A stretch of 64,000 nt of DNA from Azolla caroliniana. Its lineage: Eukaryota > Plantae > Polypodiophyta. Both the position numbers and the translations under genes were made by a program. Below, piece by piece: positions 61,270 through 64,000 of the stretch. The notes below the pieces were generated by a model that was not told the origin of the DNA, made no database searches, and saw only the letters and a program-made list of their open reading frames with translations. The DNA is taken from positions 310,001-374,000 of the forward strand of contig JBHGNT010000029.1 in NCBI GenBank assembly GCA_043228905.1, read 5' to 3'. Each line of letters opens with the position of its first letter. Position 1 is the stretch's first letter.

Positions 61270-64000
61270 AAAATTTGAGATTTGAATCTTTGAGCATTGA
61301 CACACACAATGATGTGCCAACCTTCCAATCTCCTCCCACATCAATAACTTTTCATCGAACCTTATATCTTTGTCTCCTTCACCATTTTTTTTCACTTGGC
61401 CTTCCATCACTACCATATGGTTGCTACCATCGTATTTGAGGTATGCATGTGTCAGGTTTATGTCAGGTCCATGCTTGTCTTCCTCTTGAGCTTTCACAAA
61501 TTCGATACCCTGTTTTTGTTTCTTCACATGCTTTAAAAACTGATCCTTCTCTCGTTCCTTTTATAGCGAGAGAGGTGCCTCATTTGCATTGAAATAGAGT
61601 TATGGATTTCCCAACTAACCGAATGCGGTCAAACACCATCAACGATGAATGACATTGAAGTGACGTTGTCTGAACAAAAAGATATTCTACACAAACATAC
61701 AACAAAGACTTGCACTCCTTGAAGCAACTACACAAAACCGAAGTGTAACACTTGTCTCACCACAGGTTAAAGTCACATCCCGCTCTAACACAATGAGGGA
61801 TAGTCCATATAGTAGCCAAACACAGGAACCACTAGATCAACAAGTACGTCCCAATCAACCAGCGCCAAACCTAGGGTCAAACCCACCTCCTAACTTCGAG
61901 CTAGTTATCGTCGTAGAACTATTCAAACTCTAGTCTCATTGTTGGGAAGGGATAGACAAACAAATATGGGCATAAGACACCCAACGAATAATTGTAGAAA
62001 GTATGGTGTAATATTAAAGTTGGTCCCACGTTTCCTCGAATGCTCACATGCTTATGAACACGTTGAAAGATTTACACAAATTTGTAAACCAAACGAGCCA
62101 ATAACTGAAGCCACCAAAGTAGCGGCCTTTACGCTTACATCAACGATCAAGAATTCATATGGATCTGACCTTTTCACCGGAATGATTTTGATTACGTCAT
62201 TGTTGGGTCTATCCACTCAAGTGGAGCCCACAACCCGCAGACAGTTAAGAGCCGTCTGCTGAGAGCCGATGTCGTGAAGTTTTGCGCATGTGTGTTACTT
62301 GGGGGTCCACGGGGGTTCCGAGGTTTGCTTGTCGACGAAGAGTACTTCTTGAGCAGATCCGGTGGCTTTCGTTGACCACGACTCATCGAGCTTTCAAGTT
62401 GACCACACGAGTGAACGTATGGGTACACAAGTAAAGACGAGCACACAAGATGAACGCACAAGGAAAGGAAGAACACACATTCACGAATGCTCGTACGCCT
62501 TTATGAGGAGGAGAGGTGCATGGGCACACCCGAAACGCTCCCTCGTCAGAATTCGGCCGAACATACAAGTAACGGGATGAGAATGCAAACACGAATATTT
62601 ATACGTCTTTATGAAGAGGAGAGGTGCATGGGCAAGCTTGAAATGCTCCCTCATCACAAGACGGTCGGAGACACAACAAGAAGGGGGATCAGAACACAAA
62701 CACGAATGCCCGTACGCCTTTATGAGGAAGGAGGAGAAGTGGATGGGCACGCCTGAAATGCTCCCTCGTCACAAGGCGGCAGAATGCACAACAAGAAGGG
62801 GACGAGAACACAAACACGAATGCCCGTATGCGTTTATGAAGAGGAGAGGTGCATGTGCACGCCTGAAATGCTTCATCGACACAACATGGCTGAATGCACA
62901 ACAAAAAGGGGAAGTGAAAACACAAGGGAAGAGACACCACAACATACACCCCAAAATATTTTCTTGATACAAGGCTCAAAGCCACAATGGATTTACAATA
63001 GTGGCGCTTAGGCCGGTGTCGACAATGTCAGACAAACAAGAGTGGTACAATAGAGAGGGACGAAGATGGGAATTCGTGACGACAATGACCACCAAGCACA
63101 AGCACACCAATCCTAACTTCAAATACAACGGCACAAGCAGACCATACGAACTGATAACCATGTACCACAAGAGTCGACCACACCAACATCATGAACCTCG
63201 AACCACGCGAATGGCAAGCTCACGGACTCGCAACAATGAACACAGGCACCAACACCATGAACTGAGAATGACTTGAACGGTGAGCAAATGGGCTCACAAT
63301 GATGAACGTGGGCACCAACACCATGAACCAAGAACCACCCGAACAACGATCACATGGGCTCGCAATGACGAATGGGGGCGAAGCAACACCAGACCAACAA
63401 GCCTCGGCTTCACGAGCACCTCAAATTTGAGATTTGAATCTTTGAGCATTGACGGACACAATGATGTGCCAACCTTCCAATCTTCTCCCACATCAATAAC
63501 TTTTCATCGAACCTTATATCTTTGTCTCCTTCACCATTGTTTTTCACTTGGCCTTCCATCACTACCATATGGTTGCTACCATTGTATTTGAGGTATGCAT
63601 GTGTCTGGTTTATGTCAAGTCCATGCATGTCTTCCGCTTGAGCTTTCACAAATTCGATACCCTGTTTTTGTTTCTTCACAAGCTTTAAAAAATGATCCTT
63701 CTCCCCTTCCTTTTATAGCGAGAGAGGTGCCTCATTTGCATTGAAATAGAGTTATGGATTTCCCAACTAACCAAACACGATCAAGCACCATCAACGATGA
63801 ATGACATCGAAGCGACGTTGTTTGAACAGAAAGATATTCTACACAAACGTACAACAAAGACTTGCTCGTACGCCTTTATGAGGAGGAGAGATGCATGGGC
63901 ACACCCGAAACGCTCCCTCATCCGAATTTGGCCGAACATATAAGGAACGGGACGAGAACGCAAACACGAATATTTATACGTCTTTATGAAGAGGAGAGGT
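61270..64000. repeat. Complex repeat: about 440-bp direct duplication plus about 110-bp tandem units
   Basis: 61270-61712 recurs at 63423-63865. CACGAAT..TACG.CTTTATGA.GAGGAGAGGTGCATG units lie near 62482, 62590, 62701, 62815, 63863 and 63965. Confidence 0.75.

Overview
Repeat-rich land-plant nuclear DNA, inferred to be from a fern or other seed-free plant. There are two intact-looking host genes on the minus strand: a 12-exon SULTR-type sulfate transporter (20597-25070) and a 4-exon spinster/UNE2-like MFS transporter (38288-43071). They lie among nested, decayed Copia, Gypsy/chromovirus and LINE elements. The main discovery is a complete 10,352-bp cut-and-paste DNA transposon at 7787-18138, with 25-bp GGG-starting TIRs, a TTAT target-site duplication and a spliced Sola2-like DDD transposase. 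It carries a convergent multi-exon accessory gene (coiled-coil plus RING-H2-like) with two phase-compatible alternative terminal exons, one encoding an FCP1/NIF-like pseudo-phosphatase. It also contains three kinds of internal repeat array. One is built from the palindrome TAGCTAATTAGCTA, which sits near both TIRs and is amplified in introns of both genes. All exon structures and family calls were made by eye, without database searches.
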